Assembly: GCA_000182565.2 (NCBI GenBank)
Contig: KQ257450.1
DNA length: 64,000 nucleotides
Source of the DNA: Spizellomyces punctatus DAOM BR117
Lineage: Eukaryota
Direction: 5' to 3' (one strand)
Shown: positions 1 to 13,739 of the stretch, piece after piece
How the letters are laid out: every line of letters starts with the position of its first letter
Position numbering within the stretch: position 1 is the first letter of the stretch
Position numbers and translations under genes: made by a program
The notes under the pieces: model-generated
What the model saw: the letters and a program-made list of their open reading frames with translations, nothing else
Databases searched by the model: none
Told to the model about the DNA's origin: nothing

Positions 1-372
1 ACTCAACGCTCATGAAACCTGAATGGAAAGACTATTAGTGTGGGTCGTCGCGCTTGTTTTGTCCGTGTGCACACTTGATTGGGAACACCGATACATGGCA
101 AGAGTGTTTGCTTGTTGCTGGTATCTCACTTGGTTTTTTGTGTGCACGGACAAAATGAATTGCAGGCACTGCTGATCAATTCGAGAGCTTGACTGGTAAT
201 TTGGCTGCTGAATAGCACGTGTTGCTGTTTTTTGGGTTCATCCAAAAAGTATGGCAAGTTTCCCAAATAGCCGCCAGGTGTTAAGTAAGTAGTGCGGGGT
301 ATTAGTATTGCTTCTTCTTACACACATACACAGACATCTAGTAAAACACACGGCCCTCGTAAGTGAGCCCTA

Positions 373-1846
373 CTACTCTACTTGGACACCCTGTTGACAG
401 CGCACAGCAAACTCTTCACACACATCCGCCATGGCCGTCTCTAGAACTCGTTGCTTTTGATGCTTGGCCCATTTCCCCACAAGCCCATCCTCGCCCGCTA
501 CGACAGCAACCGATTGCGATACGCTCGTTGCAACGTGCATCGTATCTCCCGACACAAGGACAGTGTAGTATTGCAAGTGTGGCTGCGAGTCGGAGAGGAG
601 GGACGTGAGCGTTGTTGTAAAAGGCTGGATGACGAGGAACACGGCTTGGGAGGCTGTTGGAATGGGCTCGCTCGAGTCTGATAGCTTATGTAGGCGTTCA
701 ATGGTAGACTGGGAATCGCAGACCAATGACATTGGTATTAACATTGAGTATTAGAAACACAAGGACTTGACATACCTCGACGATTTTGGTTGCCTCTTCC
801 AAACTATCAGCGATCTTGGGCTCAGGATGCTTGACGCTGTTCACCGAGACTTTATCACAAAGGCGCGGTCGCGAGTTGAGCCACATTTCATTCACAGTGG
901 ACTGTACAAAGTCGTGGAGGTTGTCCAAATCTGCCGCGCCTGAAGCCTCGCCGCAGAACCAGACTGTGACATTTGACGCAAACATAGCTGTGCTGGGGTG
1001 ATCTCCTCTGCCTATTGGAGGCGCAATCGTGTCAACAACACTTTGCGTAAGTCGCGTAATGTCTGTGCCTGTAGTTGGTGTGTGAGATCCCGTTTGCCAC
1101 GGTTTTTTCAATATAACTCGTTCCACCTACCCAACTTTTCAAACTGCTCCTTATTCACATTAGATATAATCCCCTTGACTTTTTCGTTCGTAGATACCGC
1201 TTTGGCAGTCTCTTCCGCCATCGCTTTGGCCGTTTCCAATCCCTTTGTCAAGGACGTTGCAGCTGCACCGCTCACCTTGGCAGCTTGTGACCATATATTT
1301 CCCCACCCCCATGCATCTCCCCTGACAGTAGGTGAGGTATCTGTTGATTGATAAGAAGGCTGTATGAGTGGGACGTTTGTCTGTTGGGGAACTGTTTGCT
1401 GCGATGTAACTGGTGACGGAGCTGGAATTGAAAATCCTTGCGGGGGTCGCTGGGATGTAACTACAGGAGGGCGGTGTGGTGCGGAAGAGGTAGCGGCATA
1501 CGGATTGGTCTGCCCAGGCTTTGATGCGGGTACACCGACAGGAGGAGCCTGGCTTGGTATTGTGGATGCACTAGGGCTTGCGCTTGAGACAGGTGGTGCA
1601 TCCAGTTCGTTGAGAAAGCTCAAAACATCCTGTGATGACGCCGCATGGGTGGTAGGAGTTGCATTCTGAGCGACGCTTGTTGTTGGTCCGCCGGCAGCTT
1701 CTCCTGGGACAATAGAGTCCAAGTCTTGCAGAAATCTGAACGATGGTAGGACTGTGTTATACTGCGGCGAGTTGATGACCACGAGTAATCGATGCCATTC
1801 CAAACACTCACTGTAAAACCTCTTGATGTGCATTTGGTTCCGTCAT
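373..1846 (-). CDS. Mtc1-like (maintenance of telomere capping 1) protein, multi-exon
   Basis: Spliced start MTEPNAHQEVLQ/FLQDLDS, a second DVLSFLNELD motif, Pro/Ser-rich linker, WGWGNIWSQA motif, then VVDTIAPPI and a C-terminal domain; joins ORFs 1108-1833, 698-1126 and 373-744. Confidence 0.55.
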
Positions 1847-2886
1847 CTTGTGTGTGTAGATGGCTTTAACAAAAAGCTGGATTCCGTCAAGGAAATGGTC
1901 AAGGAAGAAGCAGCGGTCAACGCGGCGCGAAAGGCCAACGTCACATTGAAATGTCATTTGACCAATGTGGAAAGATTGAATGTAGTGCGATTTAGTGTGG
2001 ATCCAGATGCGGGCTGGGTGGAGAAACGAGATGGACTTTTGCGAACGGACATGTCCCCAGAATGTCGATCCGAATGGCGCTTTGGATCGACAATGCTGGG
2101 AACTATCCTGAGCGAAAAGCGTCCTGGTGGGACTTGCTCCACTTTGGGTTCAAATACGTTCAACAGGTGATGATTCCACTTTCCATTAGATCCTCAACAT
2201 TCTTGCCCAAAAGAGACCAGTTGATGTGACCGACAACGTTTGCTCCTCATTGTGTCCAACCCTATTGCCTTTGGGAAGCTGTACAGTTTTGCAATGAAAT
2301 GGGCACCGCTGGTCAGAGTCCAGCTTGGAGACGGTCATAGGATGGCCATCAGTCCTCCCAAAGCCTTTACAGCGGGGTCTCGTGTCAGGACCGATCTAAA
2401 ACACGTTGCACACATTGGCGTATCCCGTCGTGCCATCATTTATTTTGTCCTTTGAATAGTACGGACCGATTGGCAACGTTGGCTCGGAGCAAGCATTTCA
2501 ACCCTCTAATGCTCTAGGAGTGGCAAGTGGGAGCATTCAATGAATTGGACCCGGGGCCTTTCGACCAGAACAAAGTGGGGATTGCCCATCATCCAGGCGT
2601 TTTTTGGAGTCTCTGCAGTATAAAAGTGATCAGGGTCCTGAATGTCAACAATGTGTTGGTTCGATACTACCCAAACATAAGAGTGATCCAATTGCCAGAT
2701 CAGTGTTATGTTAGACTCGGGACGTATACCTTTGGCAAGATGCTTCCAACATTGGAGGGCAACTACTCTATACCCTGCACACATGAGTCGTCACGCTTCT
2801 ATGTCTACGTCGGGCTCTGCATCAGAATGTTCTTGGACTCGGCATCAGACGTTTGATATGAATGCAGCATCTGGTTCCCAAAAAAT

Positions 2887-2895
2887 ATTATAAAA
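2887..2895 (+). promoter_or_regulatory. Putative TATA box of the small secreted protein gene
   Basis: ATTATAAAA about 110 nt upstream of ATG 3002. Confidence 0.45.
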
Positions 2896-3001
2896 ACGCG
2901 AGCATTTTCTCCTCCTACCTTTCATCATTACAAGCAACCTACAAGCTAGAAATACTCATACATCACCTACAACTACCTTCAAGCGATCAAAACCAGTCAT
3001 C

Positions 3002-3304
3002 ATGAAATCTTTCACTGCCTTCGTCATTGCCGCCGTCGCCCTTCTTGCCGCCCCTATGGTTAGCGCAGAGGGCAGATGCCCCCCTGGCCAAATGGAAGTC
3101 TTCGAGTCAGTACTTCTAGTTGCAATTTTTATTCTCAAAAGGTTCATCATTCTGACTATTCCTACTTTTAACTTGTGCAGGGGGGGTTTATTCCCCAAGT
3201 TTAAGGAATGTAGGGACGCCGAAGTGTTCTGTCGAGGAACTCAGGCTGTACAATCGGGAAAGCAAACTTTGGATGCTTGCATCAAGCGTGCCCTCGGTAA
3301 ATAG
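3002..3304 (+). CDS. Small secreted 4-Cys protein (about 75 aa after removing a probable intron at 3106-3180)
   Basis: Signal peptide MKSFTAFVIAAVALLAAPMVSA; GTCAGT...TGCAG 75-nt in-frame intron; mature EGRCPPGQMEVFEGGLFPKFKECRDAEVFCRGTQAVQSGKQTLDACIKRALGK. Confidence 0.75.
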   Translation: MKSFTAFVIAAVALLAAPMVSAEGRCPPGQMEVFESVLLVAIFILKRFIILTIPTFNLCRGGLFPKFKECRDAEVFCRGTQAVQSGKQTLDACIKRALGK

Positions 3305-3965
3305 ACATCAAGGAGCTGTGCGCACTCGTCATCTTTGGCACTCTTCAGCTTTGTGTATAAGAGAATGTAACAATTGTAGACCTGTACAGTACGAGCCTTG
3401 TGAATATATATGCTCTCTCATCAAAGTTTTTATGATGCAAAGGGTTGGCAAGTGTGAAAGGTTTTTTATGAAGAGATTCACTTGAAACCTGAACAAGCAG
3501 CTCCCGTGCAAAGACCCCAAAAACATAGGTATACTATCAGCATATGGCCCAGAGTCGTTTGTGTGAAGGAAAACGTAGTGTCAGCCAATAAAGGTCACTC
3601 GCTACAGGCGATTTCTTGCGGGGCCCACTAAATCCAAGGCAAGTTCAGTGTATTCTCATGGGACAAACCGACCGTACTAAAGCAAGTTTGCCCTTCCCAG
3701 AGTGCGGAATTTTGAGAACAAGCCGTGAAGAAGTCTATATCCAGAGCCCATGCCTGTTGCGATCAGCAACACATAAAAGTGCACCGGCTGAGTGCTCTAC
3801 TTTGCGCGACGCGGCTTTTTGCGTTGAAAGCCAGTAGTCCCTGATGCCCATATCCACACCTGGTTTCCCCAAATGAGTGACTGTTTGATCCTGCGTTCGA
3901 GGAGGGCTTGCCGCCAGTTGCAGGGACGCCCTCCACACAATGAGTCAATGCATAAAAGACCATAA

Positions 3966-3974
3966 TGTGTGTGT

Positions 3975-4005
<31 letters not shown>
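3966..4005. repeat. (TG)n microsatellite followed by a poly-G run
   Basis: Directly visible, about 75 nt upstream of the CBS gene ATG. Confidence 0.95.
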
Positions 4006-4078
4006 TTGTTCTTGAGCGCAAAGCTCCTTGCTTGTTCTCGTGCTCTTCTTCTTCTTCTTCAATTCTTTTGCTAAAAAC

Positions 4079-5591
4079 ATGTACGCAAGTGACATTAACC
4101 CTCGTCAAGCTCCAATGAAACAGAAGCTCATCAATGAGCTGAAAACATTTCTGAATGCGCCTGTTCAGAATTTGATCAATGACCGCCAGACTAGGGACAT
4201 GACTGAGCACCTTCGCTCCAGGTGCGACTACATGTCAATGTTGAGGCATGCGTTATGGCTTTTACCTTGCTGATGGTGGCAGAATTGTGAATTAGAGTAC
4301 GTCCGTCTAAGCTGGGCCCGGCTTTGGTTTGCATTCCAGAGACCGCTACCGTTTCCGAAGCTTTTGCATTATTGAAGCAGCATAATCTGTTGGGTAGTTT
4401 ATAACGCATTGGTTGTTTTCCCTGGTGACCATGGCTTACGGTAGCGTATGGTGATGGTACACGGCAGCACTACCCGTCTACCGCTTGACCAAGTCGGGTC
4501 ACAAGAGTTTCCAGACAATCATTTCGGTTATTGATCTTCTCCATGCTACGCTACTAGGACCTGCCTTTGACGACCTTGGTCTGGTAGGTTTCAAATCAGC
4601 ACTTTTACCTTGATATTGTTATCTTGCTGAATTTGTCGAAATGACGCAGTCTCAGGAATCATCCAACACTGATCTGGAGAAACAGCTCTCTACTTGGATG
4701 GACGAGCATGTGGATATGTTCAAGAGCACTACTGTCAAAGACGCTATGGGCCGCACTCCCGAATCCAAGGCCTTGATCACTGTCCAAACCACAGAACCTT
4801 TAAGTCGTTTATTGGACATCATGACGAGTAATGTTCACAGGGTTCTGGTTTACGATAAAAATCATGAAGGAGACGAAAACTGGTAACGCAGCGGATGCAT
4901 GTTTGATCTGTTTCTAACTCAGTATTGAACAGAGTCTGCTTGTGATGTTGAAGGTACACAATCGTATCGCAAACCGATCTTGTATGGTACCTCCACGTCA
5001 ATCGAAACAAACTCCCTGCATCGATTTTTGAGATGAAAGCCTCAGACATTATGCAATCCGCGGCAAAGCCCATTCCTCATCCGTATCTAATGTATGATCT
5101 CGATACTGGAGCCAGCAAAGCCTGTCCGATTTCGCTACTGGAGAATACACCAACGGCCATGGCCGTGAGATTGATGGCCTTGTTTAACACCTCGTGTGTT
5201 GGCATCGTTGATGAACAAGGGAAATTAGCTGGCAATCTGAGCGGTATGCCATGCGAATGAACCGCTGCTTTCCTTTTATGATTCAATTGGATAACGTTGA
5301 CTGTCAGGTGCCGATTTCCGTGGATTCAATGAGCAAGCAATCCGCAAAATTCTTGACCCAGTTCTGCAATACATCCATGAGATCCACAATGTTGATCCGG
5401 CTGAGCGCAGCCCCACTTGTGAACCCGAGAACAATCTGGAGGAATGCATGCAAACCGTTTTGAGCAAGGGTGTCCATCGTCTTTGGGTATGTCCTCCTGA
5501 CGATAAGATGCCTATTGGCTTGATTACACTCTCGGATATGCTGGTCATGTTTAAAAATCCTGCCGCGGTTGCGGTCTCCGTTGAGGAATAG
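4079..5591 (+). CDS. CBS-domain protein (AMPK-gamma/Sds23-like), multi-exon
   Basis: CBS motifs TVSEAFALLKQHNL..LPV, NVHRVLV..IVSQTDLV, VGIVDEQGKLAGNLSGADFRG, GVHRLWV..PIGLITLSDML; stop TAG 5589-5591. Confidence 0.8.
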
Positions 5592-6220
5592 GGCAGTGTG
5601 CACCGTAGCAAACATCTCATTACGCGGCTTCAGATCGCTTTTGAGTCTGTACATAAACTGAACAGTGCTGGATTCATGTATGATTTTGATAATTGGCAGT
5701 ACGTACCCGAATGTCTTATTCTCTACTTGCTTTTAACTGCACTTTTTCTTTTCTGATGCGGCTGCATCACTTCTGACTGCTCCGGTCAACATGTTTGTTT
5801 ATGTTCAGGCACCGGGATGTAAATTGATCTTGTCTGCGCACCTTGGACTCCAAGAAATTGACAAGCATCAATTTTCATGCCTGCTAACATGCCTGGAGTT
5901 GCTCAAGATGCTTTTTGACGATACTAGAAAGTTTATCATAGCACCATTTGATTACAGGACTTGTGCCGATCGCACCAAGTCGCCAAGTTGGAATCGGACG
6001 TCGTTCGATGACAATACGATTTATGAAATTCAAATGACTGCAATAATGTGGTCCTGCTGGCAATGCACCTATTATTTATCACAATCCATTGGCTGCCTAC
6101 AAAAACGAATGGAAAGTCCTCCAGCCCTTCCTTGTGCACGTGACTGATGGCACAGAGCGCTGATGACAACACTTTGCGGTTTTCCTTTGGCCATTTGACG
6201 GGAGATCGCGACAGCACACG

Positions 6221-9037
6221 ATGCCCAACTCGCTCTATGTGGGCGGCCACCGTCCAAGGAAGCATATTCATGTTTCCATAACATACAAGACGCAAAAGAT
6301 TGACACATTTGCGATTGACCCCTCTGCGTCCCTCACGAGCATTATAAAGGAATTATGCATCTCCCACTTCGCCTGTGGGAACCCTGCAAACTATTGTCTA
6401 CGACTGGTAGAAACAGAAGAGCTGGTTACTCAAGAGGTAACAACGCCCAGTATATGTCCTGCTTGTATTGTTAAGCTGAATTGAACATCTTGGGAGTGTA
6501 GAGACTAAGGAGGAAGCTTCGGGATGCCTCGAACCTCAAACTCGTTTCCTCTCCAGCCATCATGGCTGCCGATATGGTCAAAGACTTGACTCCAGAAGAT
6601 CAAACCCTCCTCAAGCGAACCATATTTATGCTACAAAAATACCTCAAGGTATAACCCAATGGTCGTTTGGAACTTTTCGGGCACCTGCTTATCGTGACGT
6701 GCGTAGGAGGATGAATTTGTGGACGAGTTCATTGCCAGATCCGGACTGGAAAAGCTACAGGACGTGATAATAACGGCGCAAGGGAATACTTTAGCATATG
6801 CATTGACCTCACTGCAGACTCTAATGGAGCATGATCGTGGTTGGGACACCTTCAGTCCATCCTTTATCAGCACAGTAAGTTTATCTTCCCTAATGAGCGG
6901 GATTCCATGTCACATGTTAAAGTCTTTCTTTCGCAGCTCGTCTCTATCATCGTAAAACAGAATCTCGTCAACATCTGCCGACCAGCTACAGCGATTATCA
7001 TCAAACTCGTCGTGGCCGACCCGAGTAATCCATCATCTGCCATCCAGTGCTACGGTTTTGATGTTGTTAATCGAGCAATATCAGCCCAGTCGTCCTTTTT
7101 ACCAACCCTTGTGCATCGCCTTTCTGCCACCGACTATCTTCTTCAACTCAACTCGATGCATCTGATAAATTCTCTATTTCGACATGTGACCGAACGAGCA
7201 CGGATTGGCTTCATCGAAATGCTGGACGCGCTAGATATTCGCACAGTAGTCTTGAAACTGATGCAAAGTAGTCCGGCGGACGAACTCAAAGCGCAAGTAG
7301 TCGAGTTTCAGCGACTACTGATCTTGGAAGGGCATAGGAGAAAGAGGACGCCAGTGAGAGTGCATAAACATGAACATGCAAAATCTTTAAAGGAGCTATG
7401 GGAGTGGTCGGAGATTGACCCTGAGGAAGTACCTGATTGGCAGCGATTGGGGTTTACGGTATGTCAATCGTGGCAACCCCGATGCTGTGCGCTATATGTG
7501 CGGTCTTGCTAAATTTCAGATTTCTGCAGAGTACCTTTCCTCATCGTGACCTGAGTCGCGTGGGTGTTCTTGGGCTGGGGGCATTACACAGCTATGCCCA
7601 ACAAAATCGCGAAGCCTATCAAAAGGTATGCAGTCAATCGCATTTCGTATGGTTTTCCACATATCTTAGAGATCATATGTTCTTCCAAGTTTTTCAAAAA
7701 GCAGCAGGAACAGGTACCAGAAAGGCGATGTCCGTTTGCCCGCGCAGGCATCGAAGTTTGCGAAATACTCGCCGATTTTTGGGAAGTCAGCACAGGGTGT
7801 ACGTACCAGGGAGGTTAGAATTTGGAGACATCCAGGATGCTAATATGCCATCTTAGATTCCACAACGACATCGTATCAGCCTCTTTTACTTACTTTCCAT
7901 GAAGTGTTCGCTATAACTCTTCAGACGTTCTTTCGATTGTGGGACGAAATGGAAGCTGACGCCACAGGGGATGACATAAATCGTGTTTCCGCTCTTGTTC
8001 GATCTCAGTTCAAACACTCTGCATCAGCTGGCAAGCCGCTTGATCCAAATCTACTCTCATCCTTCAGGACTGAGATGCTAGAAACACCTTACAGCATTGT
8101 CAGAGAACGGCAGTTGAAGAATTTAGAGGTTGAAGATGATCTGATGACTAAACTTCCCGTCAGGTGTGCAAGTCTGAAGTTGTGTTGGAGAAAACTCACC
8201 TAACCTGTTGTGTTTGAAGAAATCTCCGCGAACGCTTTTACAAAGACAGCTATGAAACAGTAAAGCGGCAAAGAATATCGTGTTTGACGAAGGGCGCGTG
8301 GTTCCCAGTGATACGTGAGAAGGGAAGAGTGAAGGGGTTGTATCGATTTTATCGGCTTGGAGCAAATCATAAATTCCTGCATTACGGGGAATTCTCTGAA
8401 GTGCTAAATAGACGGCCTTTGCCAGATGAGCTCAGCGAGCGCAGTGAGTAATGGTCTATCCAGTCTGCTTCAACCATCTGCTAAACTGTTTATCTTGTCA
8501 TCAGTCGACATGTCTCTTGCGACGGACCTCCTTACGGGCCAATCTTCCCCAATATTCCGATCCAGGAAGAACGCAGGAGAAAACCCGTCCCTATCCTTCT
8601 CCCTTGTGTCTTCATCATCGTCCGATCAAGCAAATCCTTCCATGGCAGATTTCGTGTGTTCTTCAGCCGTGCAATATTCCGAGTGGACCGACGGGTTCAA
8701 CATGCTTTTAGATAAAAACATTGCCAACCGCGATACTGCCGAGTATATTCAGCAACTCACAGATGTAGCCGTCAAGCTCGCGTTGCTTGACTTGACGGGA
8801 GATGGAATCGACGTTGCTGCGGTGTCCACTGTTGATGTACCTGATTTGCCGACTTCTAGTACTTTCTGGTATGATGATGGTGCCGGAGTGGCCGGTGGTG
8901 CGCTCTTAGCGGCACTAGGCGATGGACGGTCAGCTACGCCTGTTCCCAATGGAGAGGAAGATGAAGCGTTTTCAGAGGCGGGAGGGTCGGTGTACGAGGT
9001 TGCCTCTACGGATTCCTTTTTGGATTGCTATACATGA
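6221..9037 (+). CDS. ELMO/CED-12 family protein (ubiquitin-like N-terminus, ARM repeats, ELMO domain, PH domain)
   Basis: GNTLAYALTSLQTLMEH, WQRLGF, CPFARAGIEVCEIL, RQRISCLTKGAWF, RLGANHKFLHYGEF, SEWTDGFNMLL, C-terminal VPDLPTSSTFWYD. Confidence 0.9.
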
Positions 9038-9244
9038 TAGACGTTTTTTATTTAGATTGTAATTTTACAGTGAATTTGTATGTATTTTTTTTTGTAATGT
9101 ATATTCTTTGCTGCCGAGAGCGTTGCATCTGAACGAAGGAATAAAAACAAATGCTCTCATCGGCCACGTGAAAGGCAGGCCGAGTCATTTTGCTACCGAC
9201 CAAATCCATCGCCCGACCAATTTACTTTTCACCACGCTAACAAC

Positions 9245-10780
9245 ATGTACCGAGGCTCGATAGAAGAAGAGTTTGATCGCCTCCCACTGCTCAGCCGACA
9301 AAGTGATGGTAGCAACATGGACGCATTGAGGTATAGTAGAGGGACCGAACTACTCACAACCTTACGTCACAAACTTACCTGTCCTTTCGATCAGTATGAG
9401 AGCCAAGGATATTCAACGGCGATTCTACGACCATATTCTCGAGCAAGTAGGTACGGTCTCCACCAGTTAAACTGTTCATCCCGGAATTTCTTCTAACGCC
9501 GCTCTCTCAAAATGCCCAGTTTGAGAGATTGCAAAAAGTTGACCCAACAGAACGAACCGACTACCACTTTGACCCGGTGTTAGCCAAGCTGCGTATGTAT
9601 GCGTATACTGGATTTTTGGTTCGTCCAATGGATGGGCTCTCAACTTTCTTTGGTTTTACCAGGTAAGCTGCGCGAGGGCATAACTTCGACCGGCGTGTAT
9701 GATGAGTTCGCCGCAAATGGTAAGACCCAATAGCGTACTTTTTGGCGTATTCAACGTATGGATAATTCATAGTCTAAACTACAAGTGTACGAAACATCCG
9801 TGGACGTCTGTCTGCTTGCGAAGAATTTTGCAGAACTGCTCAAGTCGTTGGTTCAAATCTTGGGAACAGTCTATCCAAGGATCATTGGGGATAAACAGGT
9901 ATGGGAAGATCATGCAATTTTACCATATAACAGAGTTTACAGGTAACTGATACTTTGGTTCTTTCGATTGGAAGCGGGTTCCGGACCTGATCTGGTGCAC
10001 CAAATGTCAGCGGGACCGGCCAATATCTTCTTTCGCAGGTTCAGAGCAAGAAAGAGCTTCTGCTGCGATGGAATACGGGCGACAGCGGAGGGTAAGGGGA
10101 CCGACAAGCGATTCAGAACCAGAGGCTGTGACAATAAGCCGGTTCCAGACGTTTTGCAGTGACTGTTCTTCCGGGGAGCGAAAGGTACCGACTTGTTCTA
10201 CATTGCGGGCAGTTATGAAGGGTTAAAACTTTCAGCAGGAAGACCTCCTCTCCCGCAGAGCGGAACTGACTGGTTACATGCTTCTCTATCTGATATGCTA
10301 TACGGCAAGGGGACCAAAATGCTACGGGGACGCAAACAAAGTGATGGAGTATTACCGGGAACTGCCGACCGACCTTCAACGGGACCAAAATGTTACTTTT
10401 GCTCTCAGCGTATTCAAAGCCCTGCATGCTGACATTGATTACGTATCACTGGCACATCTGTGGCATGAGGCATCAACAAATCAGCAAACCCTTCTTCAGG
10501 TGCGTCTCTAGCGAGAATTTGTTCTGACATTTCCCATTCTCTAAAGCGGGAAATCCAACTATAGACTGTTTGGCCTTTGGCGCGACAACGAATATATGAC
10601 GTTTTAAGTAGAGCCTATTATACATATCCCGAGAAACAACTTCGCTTGTCGTTAAGGTTGGAAGTACAGGACCAATTTACAGACTTTATGCGTAAGCAGA
10701 TAGGGTCAGACTCGGTTGCGTCGAGAATAAACAATGGAACTGTTCAACTTCGTGTACCAAAGAGAGTAAAACAGAGATAG
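9245..10780 (+). CDS. SAC3/GANP-PCI-like helical protein, multi-exon
   Basis: Spliced segments VLAKL/RKLREGI, VYETSVDVCLLAKNFAELLKSL, GYMLLYLICY, ARQRIYDVLSRAYYT resemble SAC3/GANP/PCI-family helices. Confidence 0.5.
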
Positions 10781-10832
10781 CAGGTGGACACAGCGAAAGA
10801 GAGCAATGAAAAGTGGGTGTGCACACGGGTTC

Positions 10833-11825
10833 CTATTGAATCATTTGGCCGGCGAATTGGTCGGCCTTCGCCTTATGGTCGGCAGGATTTGCTGCGAGCT
10901 AGTATAATAGCATCTCAGTCGTCCAATATGATTGCTTAACGGTATGTCTTGATTGCACACGCCAAGACCTACCTCGTATATGGTTATGATTGGGTCCTTG
11001 TTTATCTCCATCCACTCCCCTTTCAGTCCAATGTAGTAGATCCTCGATGTATCGTCACCAAAATTCTCGGGAAAGTACAAAGTAAGGTTGCGGACATTGG
11101 AGAACTTGGCAATACGTGTGGGATATTCCGCCAATTGCCCTTTTGGGACATCTCGTACAAGCTCCCATTCCTGAGTCGGCTCCGTGGTGTCCGCTGTGTC
11201 AAAATCCACATCGTCGCGGTTGATGTAGCTAGAAAAATATGTACAATAAGAGAGATGCGATAAATTGGGGAAGAGGCAAGTAGGACTTACGCTTTCATGC
11301 GTGAAGGAGCTTTTTCTCCAGGGCCCCCAAAGATTGCTATTGACTTTAGTTTGATGCTTGCTGTAAATCTAGGTATTCAAAGAACAAGCGCCATAGAAAG
11401 CGCTGTTAGGAACAACAGCCCTTCTTACCAAAAGACGGACGCAACAACAGTACAGGAAGCTTACGGTATATTGATAATTAACTGTTCGTCTGCATCGCTT
11501 TCCACATACTGGAGCATATCCACCAGTAAAATAGCTTGTAAGTACAGGAAAGTATTACGAAAAAAAACACACCACAATCATAGTACTCGCGCAAAAAACG
11601 TATCCCTACCTTTGTCAAATCTCCTCTCTGTTCCCACGTCTTGAAAACCGTCTTAGCAGCTCCTTCCACGCTTTCATTTAGGCATCGGACGTTGTCTATA
11701 TCTATCTGCTTGTAGAGGGTATATTCTGCTCCGCGATCTGGTCCATCGTGGTCGTGATCGTGGCCGTGATGGTGACTGTGATCGTCGTGGTCGTGGTCGT
11801 GGTGTTCGTCGCGGCAGTGAGACAT
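10833..11825 (-). CDS. PITH domain-containing protein (PITHD1-like) with His/Asp-rich N-terminus
   Basis: LYKQIDIDNVRCLNES, VESDADEQLIINIPF, INRDDVDFD, KFSNVRNLTLYFPENFG, IYYIGLKGE, ANPADHK. Confidence 0.92.
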
Positions 11826-12188
11826 TCCAGGTGGTCGTTGACCATTGGAGGCAGAGGTGACGGCCAACTCGGCGCGATCACCTCATAGCAACGCGGTTGC
11901 CAAGTGCCCGGGCATCAACCGCCAGGATATCTTCATCAGAAAGAAACAGAAATATCGAGGAATGCAGACGAGGTTTTTTTATTAAAGATATTGCTCTCTA
12001 TACTATTATTTTTTATCTAGCTTAATTTATCAATAGGTTCAGATTGTTATTTTTAAATATTGATAATGGGTGCGAGCATAATAGGGTTTTTTTGCATTAG
12101 GCGACGAAGCTCATTTTAAATCTTACGGTTTTGTATTTTTCGCCTTTAGAGAGTTATTAGTTACTTCCTTTTTATTTCTTGCTTATAA

Positions 12189-13739
12189 TTAGCCCTTGAG
12201 GACGGGGTTGGGGTTCTGCACGAAGCGATATTTGAGATAGTCCCGGTAGGAAGTCGAGTTCTTCGCCCAGTCTTGAAGCACGAGCGTCCAGCTGAGAGGC
12301 GAAAGGTTCCAGAGACCGTACGCTTGCTGAGTTGTATATTCCAACTCATACGTAACCTTGTCTTCGGTGTTATCTCTCACTAGGTCAGACCAGTATTGGG
12401 TCCATTTAACAAGGCCTCCAAAAGCGAAACGACTCGTGTCGTAGGAGTAAACACGGATAGCAGGGTTGTTTTCACCAATGATACTAGGGCCTTGCGAGCT
12501 CACGTGCAGAATGCAAGTGTTGTCAAAGTCGATGCTGGGGACAGTGTCGGTAACTGTCGAAATGAAGAAGGGGCCGTCTTGAGGCGAGCTAGTATTGTTT
12601 GTGTACACATACGAAATGTAATCCTTGTTTGTGTGTCCGTAGAACGATCCAAGTATAACGTCCGAGAATGATCCGAGGATGTTGGTATAGTCGGTGTGGC
12701 AAGTTGGGTAGTAGAGTTTTTTACCAGAGTGGTCCAATGGGGGGATGTGCTGCATGACATATGCTTTTTTACCGGCACTGCGAAGCTGAGAAAGCTGGTT
12801 GCGCAACCATGTGAGCATGCCAGCACCCGCGCTGCCGTCGACTACACAGTCCTTGGTCAGGACATTGGAGGCGAACAAAAGCATACTGTTCAAGTTCAAA
12901 ACCACGAGACCGGGTTTGACTTCGTAGGCAAAGTAGCCGCCGTTGAGCCAGTCCTGATTTTCGTCCAAGCCAAGTTTGTAGGGTGCCCAGATCTGGGTAA
13001 GGTTGGCGATAATCGGGTCGGTAACAGGAGCCATTTTGTTGTAATCAAGTTCGTCGTTATTACCAAAAGTAGGAATAAACTTGGTTTTGGAGGTATCAAA
13101 AGCACTGCAATTCAATCATCAGGACCAACGTATTGCATGTTGACGGATGCTGCATCCCATACCTTATAACTTTATCAACAACAATCTTGTGCTCATTCAA
13201 CACCTCAGAGTGTTGACGAGGGACTGTTTTGTCACGGTCATGACGGGCAGAATCACCAGTATACAGAATAAAGTCAACATCGGCGGTATTTTGTTTGATC
13301 CAGTCGAAAGTGGCATCTAACATCACTTGAGGGGTATCGCAGATACTGGATAAAGTACCGTATTTTCCAGCAACGTTCAATGCAGCGTTGGTAGCACTTG
13401 GGCGGTGACACATGGTACCAGCGGGGTCGGTACCTTCCTTGTAGAGTTCATCAATGTGGATATCCTAAGTTTCCTAAAGAGTAAGTAAAAGTTTGCAAAC
13501 CAAATCTTTGATGAGTTAAAGCATACCGAGATGTGCATAAATTTGCCATTCAAGCCAGTTGTCCATTTGGGCCATTGAATGGGCGCAAGGTAAGGCCCAT
13601 TATATGCGCTGGCACCGAGACACTTGATGGTCTTTTGCAGCGAGCCGAAATCCGCAGCTGGCAAGGCAGCAGTCGGTCCAGCAAGCGCAAGTGCTGCGAC
13701 CATGCAGGCAATCTTTGAATGGCTTTTTTTGTTGGGCAT
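12189..13739 (-). CDS. Calcineurin-like metallophosphoesterase, Ppn1 endopolyphosphatase / acid sphingomyelinase-like
   Basis: FMHISDIHID, AGKYG..CDTP, DFILYTGDSARHD, PTFGNND, HIPP, GHTN, NPAIRVYSY; hydrophobic N-terminus; 2 introns. Confidence 0.85.

Noticed and set aside
1954-2856. Several 60-110 aa ORFs on both strands
   Set aside because: No recognisable motifs and no consistent splice model could be built
11735-11825. His/Asp-rich tract as a novel metal-binding peptide
   Set aside because: His-rich N-termini are usual for PITHD1 proteins
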